A stretch of 64,000 nucleotides of DNA from Barthelona sp. PCE (taxonomy: Eukaryota): the NCBI GenBank assembly GCA_040285745.1, contig JAUFOR010000006.1, positions 558,001 through 622,000 of the forward strand, in the 5' to 3' direction. This document shows, piece after piece, positions 21,201-30,424 of the stretch. A program made the position numbers and the translations under genes. The notes under the pieces were generated by a model that saw nothing but the letters and a program-made list of their open reading frames with translations, had not been told where the DNA came from and ran no database searches. Numbering within the stretch: position 1 is the stretch's first letter; each line of letters begins with the position of its first letter.

Positions 21201-23400
21201 CGAGTATGTTCCCCAATTCTTGATTCGTCATATTCGGGAGAACGTGTAACTTATTCGGCTCCATGAAAGCACCATCCAAATCTGTGGAAACGCGGTTCAA
21301 CATCTCAAAGACACGCATTAGATCAATCAATAGATAATTGTCGTTGAACAAATATGAGCTATTGATGCTGTCACGTAGCGTCGTGATACTGCTTTCAGTC
21401 GAAGGGATGAACTTCTGTGACATCAACCATGTGTTTCCTGGAGCTCCAGATGGTGTAGACTCAGGTGATGAGACTACACGTAGTTCATCTACATTTTCCA
21501 GATTCAATATCAAGTTACCGGGATAATCGCTGCTAAGTTGGAAATTAAAAGCACCAACAAAGTCAGTGAAGCTCTTGAGACCAATCTTTAAGATCGGAAG
21601 TGGAGAAATCTTTGATCTCCGTGAAGAACGCATGTACGAGATCGACAAAAACTGTTTGTTGAGAGCAGGCATCACGTTCTTACGTAGACGGTCATGGAGC
21701 ATCGCAGTACTCATCATATCAAGGTTACAAATCGTCTGTCCGAACATTTTAGCCATCTGTTGAATGAGTAATCGATCTTCTGAGTTAAAGAATCCTGTCA
21801 CCTTATCATAACAGTCAAGGACTGCAACAATCTCGTTACTAAAGGTTACTTCATTCATGTCACTCTTCTCAAAGTGCAACTCTAACAAATCCTCTTTCTC
21901 CACGCTAATACTCTTGGCCACAACGGTATCCAAGAGAAAGGGCTTATAATCAGCGTATGAGTCCCATCGTGGAACAAAGACGGGTGATGCTAGTTCACAT
22001 TTGAGATCCTCCAACACTGCGTCATTCAAGTACGGGTGCGTGTCCTTCCTGTTAAGTTCAATTGTCTCGCCGTTCTGGGCAACAGCACCGACAACACCAA
22101 CTCCATTTGGTATAATTGTCTTACTGTTCTGAACATAACCACTGTTATTGGTGACAGAGTTCCGACGCGACCTTCTACCACTGCCTCCCTTCGCAATTGG
22201 AAATGGTATTGTCTTGCTATCCATATTAGGTTGGAATAAAAGATACTCCAAGCCATGAATGTGTTTTTTAATAAAATACAAACGACCACCTCGACAATTA
22301 AAGAACCGTTGCGCGACAATGTGCCATAAACTATTGAGTGCTAAGGTATCTAAATGCTTAAAATGAGATAATACATATGCTAAATCATTCAACGTACTCA
22401 GTGTTTCCAATCTGTTATTGAGAACCCTATACCGTGGATTCCGTCCCTCTTCACTCATCTTACGCTCTCCTGAATGAGATATTGAACGTCTAAATCCTTT
22501 ATGATGCTTGGTAGGAGGATTAATACCTTTATGACGTTTTCCATGATCCTTACTATGCCTTTTCTTATCCTCAAGTACACGTAAATTTGTTGGAAAGTTT
22601 CTTTTTTGAACTGTATCATTTGATTGAAAAAAATCATTTTGATTACCATCGTTTTTCTTCTTCTGAACATATTGTATACTTTCTAATTCTCGAATCTCAT
22701 TATCCCTCTCCTTAAGATCCAACTTTAGTTGATTAATTACATTCTCTCGTACTTTAACTTTTCGATTAAATTCATCTTCTTGTTCTTCAACTTTTCTTTT
22801 TAATCGTAAGACTTCATCTAATAATTTCTGTTTCTCATCATATAACTTCAATGTAAGATTGTTGCTCTTCGGCTTATTATCTGTCAAATCTGCTGTTGAT
22901 AAAACTGGTATTTGTATCATATGTTCGCTGCTGTTGATCTTGTGCAAATCTGCTTGAACTTCATCGTTAATATAGTTAGCAAGGCGGGCAACGAGCGGGC
23001 GGGCACCCTTGAACCCCTTCTTTTGTCGATACGGCATTGGTAAAGCACGTGGATCATCTGGTAATCCATCATATTTATCTTCCTCATTGGTTGGCATTTC
23101 TCCGCTGAAAAAGCAGTCAATAGGTTGGTCGCTGTGTGAGGAAAACAAGCTACCAAGACTAGGAGAAATAGGCACTGATGGATGTGTTGGAGAAGTGTTA
23201 GATGAATGATGGATAGGTGAGAGCTCCATTTCTGAGTCGTACACGGAACCCACGGAATCGTGTGATATGTTAGACCCCAAACTTATGTGATCCAAAGATA
23301 GCTGCTCTTCAGCTTCCTCATCCTCTTCAATAAGCATCATTTCTGACATCTTTGGCAGTGGAACCGATGGAACGCGTATTTCTTCTGAACCGTTAAACAT
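18247..23400 (-). CDS. Class III adenylyl cyclase: N-terminal coiled coil, two GAF-like regions, PAS, catalytic domain, C-terminal TPR
   Basis: FADIRSYT, DKFIGDAVMA.WG.P, GIGISTG.VLSGNIG...RLEYTVIGDTVNLASRLEG, RELDVIRVIGK..P; PAS (HVLWIDENGYLQNYN...IEDIS); GAF ends (DKVTGFFNSEDRLL; SFGDNDLHL). Confidence 0.92.
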   Translation of the reverse strand: MFNGSEEIRVPSVPLPKMSEMMLIEEDEEAEEQLSLDHISLGSNISHDSVGSVYDSEMELSPIHHSSNTSPTHPSVPISPSLGSLFSSHSDQPIDCFFSGEMPTNEEDKYDGLPDDPRALPMPYRQKKGFKGARPLVARLANYINDEVQADLHKINSSEHMIQIPVLSTADLTDNKPKSNNLTLKLYDEKQKLLDEVLRLKRKVEEQEDEFNRKVKVRENVINQLKLDLKERDNEIRELESIQYVQKKKNDGNQNDFFQSNDTVQKRNFPTNLRVLEDKKRHSKDHGKRHKGINPPTKHHKGFRRSISHSGERKMSEEGRNPRYRVLNNRLETLSTLNDLAYVLSHFKHLDTLALNSLWHIVAQRFFNCRGGRLYFIKKHIHGLEYLLFQPNMDSKTIPFPIAKGGSGRRSRRNSVTNNSGYVQNSKTIIPNGVGVVGAVAQNGETIELNRKDTHPYLNDAVLEDLKCELASPVFVPRWDSYADYKPFLLDTVVAKSISVEKEDLLELHFEKSDMNEVTFSNEIVAVLDCYDKVTGFFNSEDRLLIQQMAKMFGQTICNLDMMSTAMLHDRLRKNVMPALNKQFLSISYMRSSRRSKISPLPILKIGLKSFTDFVGAFNFQLSSDYPGNLILNLENVDELRVVSSPESTPSGAPGNTWLMSQKFIPSTESSITTLRDSINSSYLFNDNYLLIDLMRVFEMLNRVSTDLDGAFMEPNKLHVLPNMTNQELGNILALWLMQEGNVEKDVQQTTKTMSPSSSLIANQINSVTTTVPTVQKKQDYRKTSIASQISNFTRNNSIDSEFSDVDPGELQPVDQEGNIVSTDMESGACTDAVSAQQDSLIGLLNGIEPQDNLIDFTALIDQDLAEKVSNFSDATRSQMVKINHAQGVALSLLKHVIPKELSNKKFDLGIYISTGKVNMGELFRTNNTKIIEHLRSIGDEAQCFNTRYRRENCLSITLMIFEPEIHSPVINCNHKPMSMRFAQSVIEHALTLANTVSMDVFADERKKRNESLIRKQKIESRKEVIQVWRRVIGSALTNASSTLSRTSSQGELRDSDSTTSAGTAVSNQIQSMFQPGLAFGVSPLHRQSSSDVIATEKVVLSDTFALTELGAQLCADLENHDLVTFIQHVLFHVRKIIGCDNACVALRTDTVLKERITEFTYLTSGDDFTAPTPQDKNVMVVFPEDLSNEVLEDKHAAINISDSYLGFIQRSLYNGETVLINDDSEEMLSRHRFAQWFGDGLLNNYFSLPISYCDPSVGGRTFEPVVVGCLLVYGRTVSFGDNDLHLGLFFNHILRYALFKHHLYNLAKAGRTFEMYLNAVLNNTSEHVLWIDENGYLQNYNSSLLQFLEITKDRLSDPVVEVLANFSMLSWDVGRFLESPSPSGQPYQYREFEINGKTVNYKIQSVFDGSVFKGLLVMIEDISTQRKIMQTLSRYLSSSVASQVVSVDNLKLGGNRQIATVFFADIRSYTKISEGMDAEDIVKMLNEYFTFVVDAIFAERGVLDKFIGDAVMAVWGVPIPSLDDSVRACKVVFKILDDLKKFNEEREEVGKIPIKVGIGISTGTVLSGNIGCIRRLEYTVIGDTVNLASRLEGVTKAYGVTCVISESTYKQVKNSFIVRELDVIRVIGKRHPERIFELIAPSTARLSRPKVEVLSCYATGLDLYRRKHWVPAAAFFEKALEVDPNDGPSIVMNERIKKILRENLNPTSTVWDMKSK

Positions 23401-23661
23401 GATATCTCATCATAATGAAAGTAATGGGTAAGAATTTGTTAAACATTCTGTTATCCTTGTTGAAATATAGTTTGAACAATAACTCGAGTTTTTTTCTGTA
23501 AATATGAAAGAACCAGCCTTAAATACAGAACAAAGAACAAAAAAATTTTTCAAGTAATTAATTACTCAGTTTATTCATGAATCAAAAAATACTGTGGTCT
23601 CTAAACCAGATCTGTGTTGATTTACACAAAAAAAAAGACAATAAACTTTAAAAAAATTTGA

Positions 23662-24153
23662 TTAAAGAAGTTTGTAGTGTCCAGTGTAATCATTAATGAT
23701 ACTAATAGGAAGAGGACCGATTCCAACTGCAGTCTTGGATGATGCAGCAATTTGAGTACGTCCAGCATCACGAATCAAACAACAAGGTAAACCAGCAGAA
23801 CGTACACGTTCATATAATGCAGTTAGTTCTTCATCATCAGGTACCTTTACGCAAACTTTGGTCTGTCCTGTGAGCTCCCAATGATGTACAACCTCAGGAC
23901 ATTGAGCTACTGCTTGCTTAAAACTTCCTAAACAGGCATGAGCAACTTGAGCACCGATTTTACCCTTACCCATCTTTAATGACTGGTTAACTGCAAATAC
24001 CATCTTGCACTCTTCTTCTAGATTATCCTCCTTGATCTCTGCAGTGATATTTTTATCAAGGTCAACATCTGCTTTATCATCTAGCCCATAATAAAACTTC
24101 CCAAGTACAAATCCGAGTACAAAAACAATGATAAGTGCCGGTAGTAAAACCAT
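23662..24153 (-). CDS. PTH2: Peptidyl-tRNA hydrolase 2 with N-terminal membrane anchor
   Basis: KMVFAV...LKMGKGKIGAQVAHA, W...GQTKVCVK, IRDAGRTQI...SKTAVGIGP and TGHYKLL motifs. Confidence 0.95.
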   Translation of the reverse strand: MVLLPALIIVFVLGFVLGKFYYGLDDKADVDLDKNITAEIKEDNLEEECKMVFAVNQSLKMGKGKIGAQVAHACLGSFKQAVAQCPEVVHHWELTGQTKVCVKVPDDEELTALYERVRSAGLPCCLIRDAGRTQIAASSKTAVGIGPLPISIINDYTGHYKLL

Positions 24154-24213
24154 ATTGTGAAATAGAGTTGAATAACTGATTATAACCTCTTTCAACAATT
24201 ATTTCTTTTCTGA

Positions 24214-24951
24214 ATGTTGGAGAACAACTTTCTTGTTGCATCTGGGGCGTTTTTGAACAACATTGACCTTGCAATCAGTATAACAAGCAGCTTCAAACTT
24301 TCCCAACTTATGGAAATCGGGCGCTGGGCTGAAGAGTGTGCTGAGGCATGCATGCCATCTGACCACGCCCTTCAACCCATGGTAATTACGGTAGATGAAA
24401 ACACACGTAGTTCTACACTAAAGACTCTACTGGGACGTGGGTTCAACAAGATCATTATAGTGTGTAAGAGTACATTTTCTTCTGATTTGAGAAATTTCCT
24501 TGATCTGTTAAGGTTATCAAAGAGTTCTGAAGAACAAACAATCATATATAATTCAACAATGTCGATTGTTCCTGCGAAACTTTCATTTTGTTTCATTTGG
24601 TATGAGCGCCTGTTCACAGACATTGATCTGCAGATTGATCTGAACTACATACCTAATAATAGTGGAATAATACCAATCCAATTAGACGAACGAGTTTTGA
24701 ATAGTGTTTTTATTTCTCCATCTATCAAAGCATATATGAAGAGGATCGTGGCAAAGGCAATTGAGATGAGTGAGGAAGAGAGTATGAATCATGTAATTGA
24801 AGTAACAGAAGTTTTATCACGACATTATTCGTTAATTTTGCAAAGAAATTATTGTATACCATCAGATATTCAAGAAATTATGGAATTTGTGTTGAATTCA
24901 AAAGATTTATCTTTAAATAATATTCTTAAACATGTTCCTTCATGTTTATGA
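24214..24951 (+). CDS. Hypothetical protein; C-terminus resembles a MoxR/Mg-chelatase-type AAA+ lid
   Basis: VFISPSIKAYM..IV...YCIPSDI.EIMEFVL...LNNILKHVP; no Walker A motif seen. Confidence 0.5.
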   Translation: MLENNFLVASGAFLNNIDLAISITSSFKLSQLMEIGRWAEECAEACMPSDHALQPMVITVDENTRSSTLKTLLGRGFNKIIIVCKSTFSSDLRNFLDLLRLSKSSEEQTIIYNSTMSIVPAKLSFCFIWYERLFTDIDLQIDLNYIPNNSGIIPIQLDERVLNSVFISPSIKAYMKRIVAKAIEMSEEESMNHVIEVTEVLSRHYSLILQRNYCIPSDIQEIMEFVLNSKDLSLNNILKHVPSCL

Positions 24952-24994
24952 TAATTGTAATATAAATCTCTTTTATTGACACAATAATAACAAT

Positions 24995-25558
24995 TTAACA
25001 ACGGCAAATACTAGTATCTTCTTCTTCATCTACCTGTAACAACTCTTCACTTTTTGAAATATCATCTTTCGTAACATCTTCTGTGTATAATTCCCTAATT
25101 CTCTCTAAAAGTCTATCAATGTTATGTCCTGATTTCGCGCTGATAAGCATATGCTCCTCCTTTATCCCTTCTGTCCAATTAGGAGCTTGATCTGTCTCCA
25201 ATAAATCTGACTTGTTGCCTAAAATGATGATTTTAGCATCAGGTGTCTCATTAATAATATTCTCGTGCCACGTACGGACGTTATCGTAACTGTCAAATCT
25301 TGTTACATCATATAAGATAAGTGCAATTTTTGCTTCACGATAAAAAGATTTTGATAAGGCTCTAAATGTTTCACATCCTGCTGTGTCAAGAAAACTTACG
25401 AAATGCCCTGGAAATATCTCAAACTTTCTAAATGCTACATTTACGGTTGTGCTGGAGAATGCCAAAAATTGTGAAGTGGAGAGTCGATGAAACAAGCAGC
25501 TCTTTCCCGTTGAAGAGTCGCCCACAAAAACTATTCTGTATGATGCGTTGGATAACAT
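24995..25558 (-). CDS. Rab-family small GTPase (divergent)
   Basis: GDSSTGKS, DTAGCE, FYREA, GNKSDL and ISAKSG motifs; C-terminal CxC prenylation motif (CRC). Confidence 0.92.
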   Translation of the reverse strand: MLSNASYRIVFVGDSSTGKSCLFHRLSTSQFLAFSSTTVNVAFRKFEIFPGHFVSFLDTAGCETFRALSKSFYREAKIALILYDVTRFDSYDNVRTWHENIINETPDAKIIILGNKSDLLETDQAPNWTEGIKEEHMLISAKSGHNIDRLLERIRELYTEDVTKDDISKSEELLQVDEEEDTSICRC

Positions 25559-25848
25559 TACAAACCCATGAAGAAACAACAAAAATAGAAAACAAAGTTC
25601 AACAAGCGCACATCTTTCTTACATCTGCTGGATGATTTACCCAACAGTAGCTTCGAAGAAAACTCTAAAAATACCATAAAATATATAAACAGTCAGAAAA
25701 ATTGAAATATCTAAAAGGATCTATTTACACACGATAAATGAACCTAATTGTGGTGCACTGAGCATTTTATCTCATGAAAACTGAAACAAAATTCTCATAG
25801 CACTGTCTTACAAATATTATTCCTTTTCACTGCTATTTGAGCGGAAAA

Positions 25849-28800
25849 ATGCTTCAAGCAGAAGCACCAGACTTTTCCCTTCCCTTAGTGGGAGTTTTCA
25901 ATGTGATACCGCCAGTGGAGCCACTATTTGTTCTGCCTGAAAATGATGCAAGGATTCAGATCCGCAAACTCAATGAAGGAGCAGGTATAGAGACTGTTCC
26001 GCCTGAGAGCAACTTTGGGGTCCTTCATAAAGACTGGTTACAAACACATTCAACACTTTTTCCAACAGTTGTAGTTTTCTTCTTTGAATGGGATCCAATT
26101 CAACAGCCTTCGTTACAGGACTCCATCGAGCATTTCCGAAAGACCGCACCGTCAGCTATTCAGATTGGTCTTACAGTCATTGGTTGTCCAGAAGATGAAC
26201 TCGGTTACATACGTCGTAGTTTAGAAATTGATAACTCAAACATATACAGTATTGGATCGTTTGACGCAATTCCACATCAAGTTGCAAACTGGCAACGGTT
26301 TTTTCACACACTTTGTTGTAACACTCAACGTAAGTGGATTAAACAACTTAACAAGGACATCAATGTACTTCAGTTAGACAATGAGTACAACGTTTATAGC
26401 AAGGAGATACTAAGAACAATGCTTAAAAAGATTTTTTTCTTAAAGCAAGTCGAAAACAGTCAATTACTAAATCAGAATGAAAAAACAAATTTTAAAGAAA
26501 CAAAAAAATGTATTTTAACTTGTATAGAATTTATATTTGAATGTGTAGCTAGTATTGAAATCTGCCATCTGTATAAAGTTTTATTGCATTGGCTCATCTT
26601 AATTGAACAAAAGCGGGGCATTTATTTCGATTACGATTTGATTGTTGAGAACTATATTAAATTCAAATCTTATCTCACCAACAATGAGGCATTTATAGCC
26701 AAGCAGTATGAGAACTGGTTGTATAAAAGTGATCCTAAAGCTATATGTGAAAAAAGAACCAAGTATTATTTAAAACTTATTTTACTAAAAATGAACTTAA
26801 CTATTGGTATTGAGTTCAGTAAGCTCAGTAATCTTGACAGCAATAACAGTTACCTTCATCCATGGTTCTATTTCATTAATTGCTATAAATATCTGAAAGA
26901 CCTCATAGATTTGGATTTCATGTTTCAATCACATGATTTATCGCAATATAACAAGAATGGCAACGGTATGTACCGCCTCAATGAACAAGAGCAGTTGTTT
27001 TATGGTGTAGTTGCTCCCGGTCCGTTGATCCATGAAGAGCTTTCAGATTTAATTAGTGTACCAAAAGAAGATTTTAATGATGCGCTTATACAGACGCTAA
27101 ATATGGCTATCAACAGCTTCGACATTGATTTATTTAAATACAATAGGGGATCAAAGCGTTTCTTTTTTAAAAAATGTCATATTCAATATTATCTTGTTTT
27201 GGAGCTCATCAACAACGGGGACATCAAGCAGGCATACGATCTTCTTTTCGAGCTAATTGGTGTATATGAGGACACTCATCATAAATATATTTACCTGTTG
27301 TTGTTATACCACTTTCAAGAATGTCAAGAATTGCTAGATTTAGAAGAGGAGCGTGTCATCACACTGTTGCAGCTCCTGCACAATGACTTTCTTTTGGAAA
27401 ACAATGAACGGAGTTATGAGGAGGTTGAGCAATTTCAAAAAGTTTCGTTTTTACTAAATAGTGTTCCAAGTGCTTATAATGTTAATTTAACAGACATATC
27501 ACCGTTTGTTGACATTGTTATTGCTTTTAGTGATACAAAAACTAAACTTTTTGAGCTTCATAGTTCAGTTGGTATTAATATATCAATTAAGAGTAGGTGT
27601 ATTGGTCCAATAGATTTTAGTGGTGTTGAGCTCGTTTACAGCGACTCGTCACTGAACAAGTCCTTCACCATGAGTGCTTTAGATGATGATGAAGATGAAT
27701 CTTCATCTGAAGATGAATGTTACTGTGATTTATCATTACTGCCTGGTAAGTCATTGAAGCTCACACAACAGTTTGACACAAGTGAGGCTAAAAAAATTCA
27801 GTTGGTCAATGTTATTGTTCGTGTTGGTAAGATTAGCGTCTCTCTTAAAGACTTAGTTCCACCTAATGTTTGTATAGAAATTTTACGTTTTCCTAATGCA
27901 ACTATGGATTTTCATGGACCTGAGAAAGCATATTTCAACCTAGCAACACCTTTCACTCTTGATATTAATTCCAATGATGATTTAATGCATGGTATTGAGT
28001 TCGAGTTTAAATCAAAAATGTCGGATAGAACACTCATTGTTGCCTTTGCTGATAACCATGCTAATCGGTTCATGCGGGTGTATCCAACGATGTTTGATGC
28101 TGTTATGCTCCAAACTGTGAACCCAATCACGTGTGAAGACATTGAAAAGAATGAAGATAGAAGGGTTGTTTTTGAAGTAATTTCACCATGGTGTGTTATG
28201 GCTGAGTTATCAGTAACTATGAGCTATAAGCCATCTTTGGACAGTGACCTCCGTCTTTACGTTACTCGTTCATTGAAAACACGATTTTTACCACCTTTTC
28301 AACCTAATATTCTTGTTTTTTCAGATTTTCTCTCTTTAGATCGTTCTTACGTTTACAATGACGACTGTTCCATTCTTTGTCAGTTGGACGAACTCTCAGA
28401 ATCAATTATTATTCACAAAGTAAGTGTACCAAGTGAAGAAAAAAAATTTTCTCAGACCATTTCTAACGATGAAGCGATCAGTATTGAATTAAAAAGCAAG
28501 TTCTCAGAGTTTCAATCAGGAATTTCAGTTGAATGGAGTCTATCTTCAAACCCTCAAACCAGAGGTATTTCTAAGTTACACATTCCAACTTTCAAATATC
28601 AAAAATCAAATTTAAGAGTAGTCTATGATGTGCCTGAGGTTGTAACACAGGGCATTCCGTTCACTGCTAACATCCACATAGAGAATATATCAGATACTGA
28701 TTTCATTCAAGGAGTAATATCATTGGATACACCTGATACTAATGATATTCAACTAAAACAATCAGATGTTGACTTCTTGTTTGGCGGATTCACGCACACC

Positions 28801-28962
28801 AAGGTACTGCTTGCTCCCAAAGATGTTATTAGTTTAGAATATAGTGTTATTCCCCTGCATATTGGTTATCGAAATTTTCCTCGTTTTTCTGTTGAAATTG
28901 ATAAGCTTTTTGTGTTTAATATACCTAATCCACCAACTGTATTTGCCAAACCTTATGAATAA
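25849..28962 (+). CDS. TRAPPC11: TRAPP complex subunit 11 (foie gras/gryzun)-like
   Basis: GVLHKDWLQTH...FPTVVVFFFE N-terminal motif; C-terminal Ig-like region FLFGG....VLLAP....LEYSVIPL.IGY..FP. Confidence 0.8.
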   Translation: MLQAEAPDFSLPLVGVFNVIPPVEPLFVLPENDARIQIRKLNEGAGIETVPPESNFGVLHKDWLQTHSTLFPTVVVFFFEWDPIQQPSLQDSIEHFRKTAPSAIQIGLTVIGCPEDELGYIRRSLEIDNSNIYSIGSFDAIPHQVANWQRFFHTLCCNTQRKWIKQLNKDINVLQLDNEYNVYSKEILRTMLKKIFFLKQVENSQLLNQNEKTNFKETKKCILTCIEFIFECVASIEICHLYKVLLHWLILIEQKRGIYFDYDLIVENYIKFKSYLTNNEAFIAKQYENWLYKSDPKAICEKRTKYYLKLILLKMNLTIGIEFSKLSNLDSNNSYLHPWFYFINCYKYLKDLIDLDFMFQSHDLSQYNKNGNGMYRLNEQEQLFYGVVAPGPLIHEELSDLISVPKEDFNDALIQTLNMAINSFDIDLFKYNRGSKRFFFKKCHIQYYLVLELINNGDIKQAYDLLFELIGVYEDTHHKYIYLLLLYHFQECQELLDLEEERVITLLQLLHNDFLLENNERSYEEVEQFQKVSFLLNSVPSAYNVNLTDISPFVDIVIAFSDTKTKLFELHSSVGINISIKSRCIGPIDFSGVELVYSDSSLNKSFTMSALDDDEDESSSEDECYCDLSLLPGKSLKLTQQFDTSEAKKIQLVNVIVRVGKISVSLKDLVPPNVCIEILRFPNATMDFHGPEKAYFNLATPFTLDINSNDDLMHGIEFEFKSKMSDRTLIVAFADNHANRFMRVYPTMFDAVMLQTVNPITCEDIEKNEDRRVVFEVISPWCVMAELSVTMSYKPSLDSDLRLYVTRSLKTRFLPPFQPNILVFSDFLSLDRSYVYNDDCSILCQLDELSESIIIHKVSVPSEEKKFSQTISNDEAISIELKSKFSEFQSGISVEWSLSSNPQTRGISKLHIPTFKYQKSNLRVVYDVPEVVTQGIPFTANIHIENISDTDFIQGVISLDTPDTNDIQLKQSDVDFLFGGFTHTKVLLAPKDVISLEYSVIPLHIGYRNFPRFSVEIDKLFVFNIPNPPTVFAKPYE

Positions 28963-29006
28963 ATTAGAATAGAATGTTCTTCGTTATTTAACCCGTATCT
29001 AATTCA

Positions 29007-29798
29007 ATGAACGTATCAGAGATCCCTGAAATCGACTCAGAGCAAGACGACATCATTAACTTTGCACCCAAAGATGACAGTGAAACAATTTCAATGGAAA
29101 TTGAATGTGTTCGTCCTCAAACTAAGCACGCTGCTACAATTAGGAAGTTCCTCACTGACAACATGCCGCATCCCAGTGGATTCAATGCATCCCACCTGGC
29201 TCTGAACATTGCAAAGCAAGAGTTTGTTGGCTCTTGCATTTTTGCTTCAGTTGTCGATGATATCATTGCATTTTTAAGTGTTCTGAGCTTGCAGAAGTAC
29301 CATAATCTAAGTCCTATTCAAAAAATTCACAGTTACCTCAAGAACGAATTGCCAACCAACGTACACAGATTTATCGATGAATTGTTCGATGAGAACGCTG
29401 AAAAGCCAAACTGCGTCCTCTTTAATGAACGTATCATTAACACACCAGTTCAAGTCATTCCACCAACATTTAATTCTTTAAGAGAAGAGTTGGAATGGGC
29501 TGTTGAAGATGGAGTAATGGAATATGACTTCGAATGGTTTATTTATATTACCAAAAAAGCTAATGATAATGAAAATGAAGATGAAGAATTGTTCTTCAAA
29601 TTTGAAGATGAAATTTTTGAAGAAGAAGCTGAATATGTTTTTCCCTTACCAGTTATGGAAAATAACCCTCAACATGTAACTTTCGGTACTGTGTATATCT
29701 TTAATATGGAACAATTCAAAGGTATTGTGGAAAAATTATTGGAGCATCAGATCGAGTACGATTCTTTTGCTCTACAGGAACGTGCTATGGCCGTGTAA
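29007..29798 (+). CDS. BCP1: BCP1/BCCIP family protein
   Basis: IAKQEFVGS, FLSVLSL, LFNERIINTP.Q..PP....L.EELEWA and F.FEDEIF motifs. Confidence 0.85.
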   Translation: MNVSEIPEIDSEQDDIINFAPKDDSETISMEIECVRPQTKHAATIRKFLTDNMPHPSGFNASHLALNIAKQEFVGSCIFASVVDDIIAFLSVLSLQKYHNLSPIQKIHSYLKNELPTNVHRFIDELFDENAEKPNCVLFNERIINTPVQVIPPTFNSLREELEWAVEDGVMEYDFEWFIYITKKANDNENEDEELFFKFEDEIFEEEAEYVFPLPVMENNPQHVTFGTVYIFNMEQFKGIVEKLLEHQIEYDSFALQERAMAV

Positions 29799-29799
29799 A

Positions 29800-30042
29800 T
29801 CATTCATCCTTTTGTGCTGTGAATTGTTTGCGTCCAATCCAACGAATGTGAGCAAAAACTATTGATGTTACAAATATAGCAGAAAGTCCATTTGTGGCGA
29901 GTGATTTCGACACGAAGAAGCTCATACAGCCCATTAAAATAAACAATAACCCTAATCCTATGATGAAAATTCCAAAAACATCCTCAATGGATAGTCTGCT
30001 GTGAAAAAACGTGCGAAAATAGCTTCCAAGATCAATTGCCAT
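29800..30042 (-). CDS. Small membrane protein, possibly Got1-like
   Basis: 80 aa with two hydrophobic segments; FGIFIIGLGLLFILMG..FF...LA.NG loosely resembles the Got1 N-terminus. Confidence 0.45.
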   Translation of the reverse strand: MAIDLGSYFRTFFHSRLSIEDVFGIFIIGLGLLFILMGCMSFFVSKSLATNGLSAIFVTSIVFAHIRWIGRKQFTAQKDE

Positions 30043-30424
30043 TGTTCACAGTGATTCAATTCCAGAAAAATGCAATAAATGTGATTACAAAAAAGTTGTC
30101 ATATGTCGGAATTCTGGTTTCTCTTCAGGTTTAAAAATGCATGTAAGATATTTCTAAGCCCTTACATCACATTAAATATATAGAACAGCCAACAATTTCC
30201 AAAATCATCTACCCACTTGGAAAACACCATTATCTGTTCTTAAATCGTCCTGTGGTCAGCAAATATACGACAAATACTGCCCTCAGCTCAGAAAACGTAC
30301 TATTGAAATAAACGCTTGTTTTTCAAAAATAATCCTTTCTTTACCTAGCTAAGGATATTCTTTTTTACCCAACGTCGTTATTTTTGATCCCTATTGCATT
30401 TTTAACGAATATTTATAGTACATA

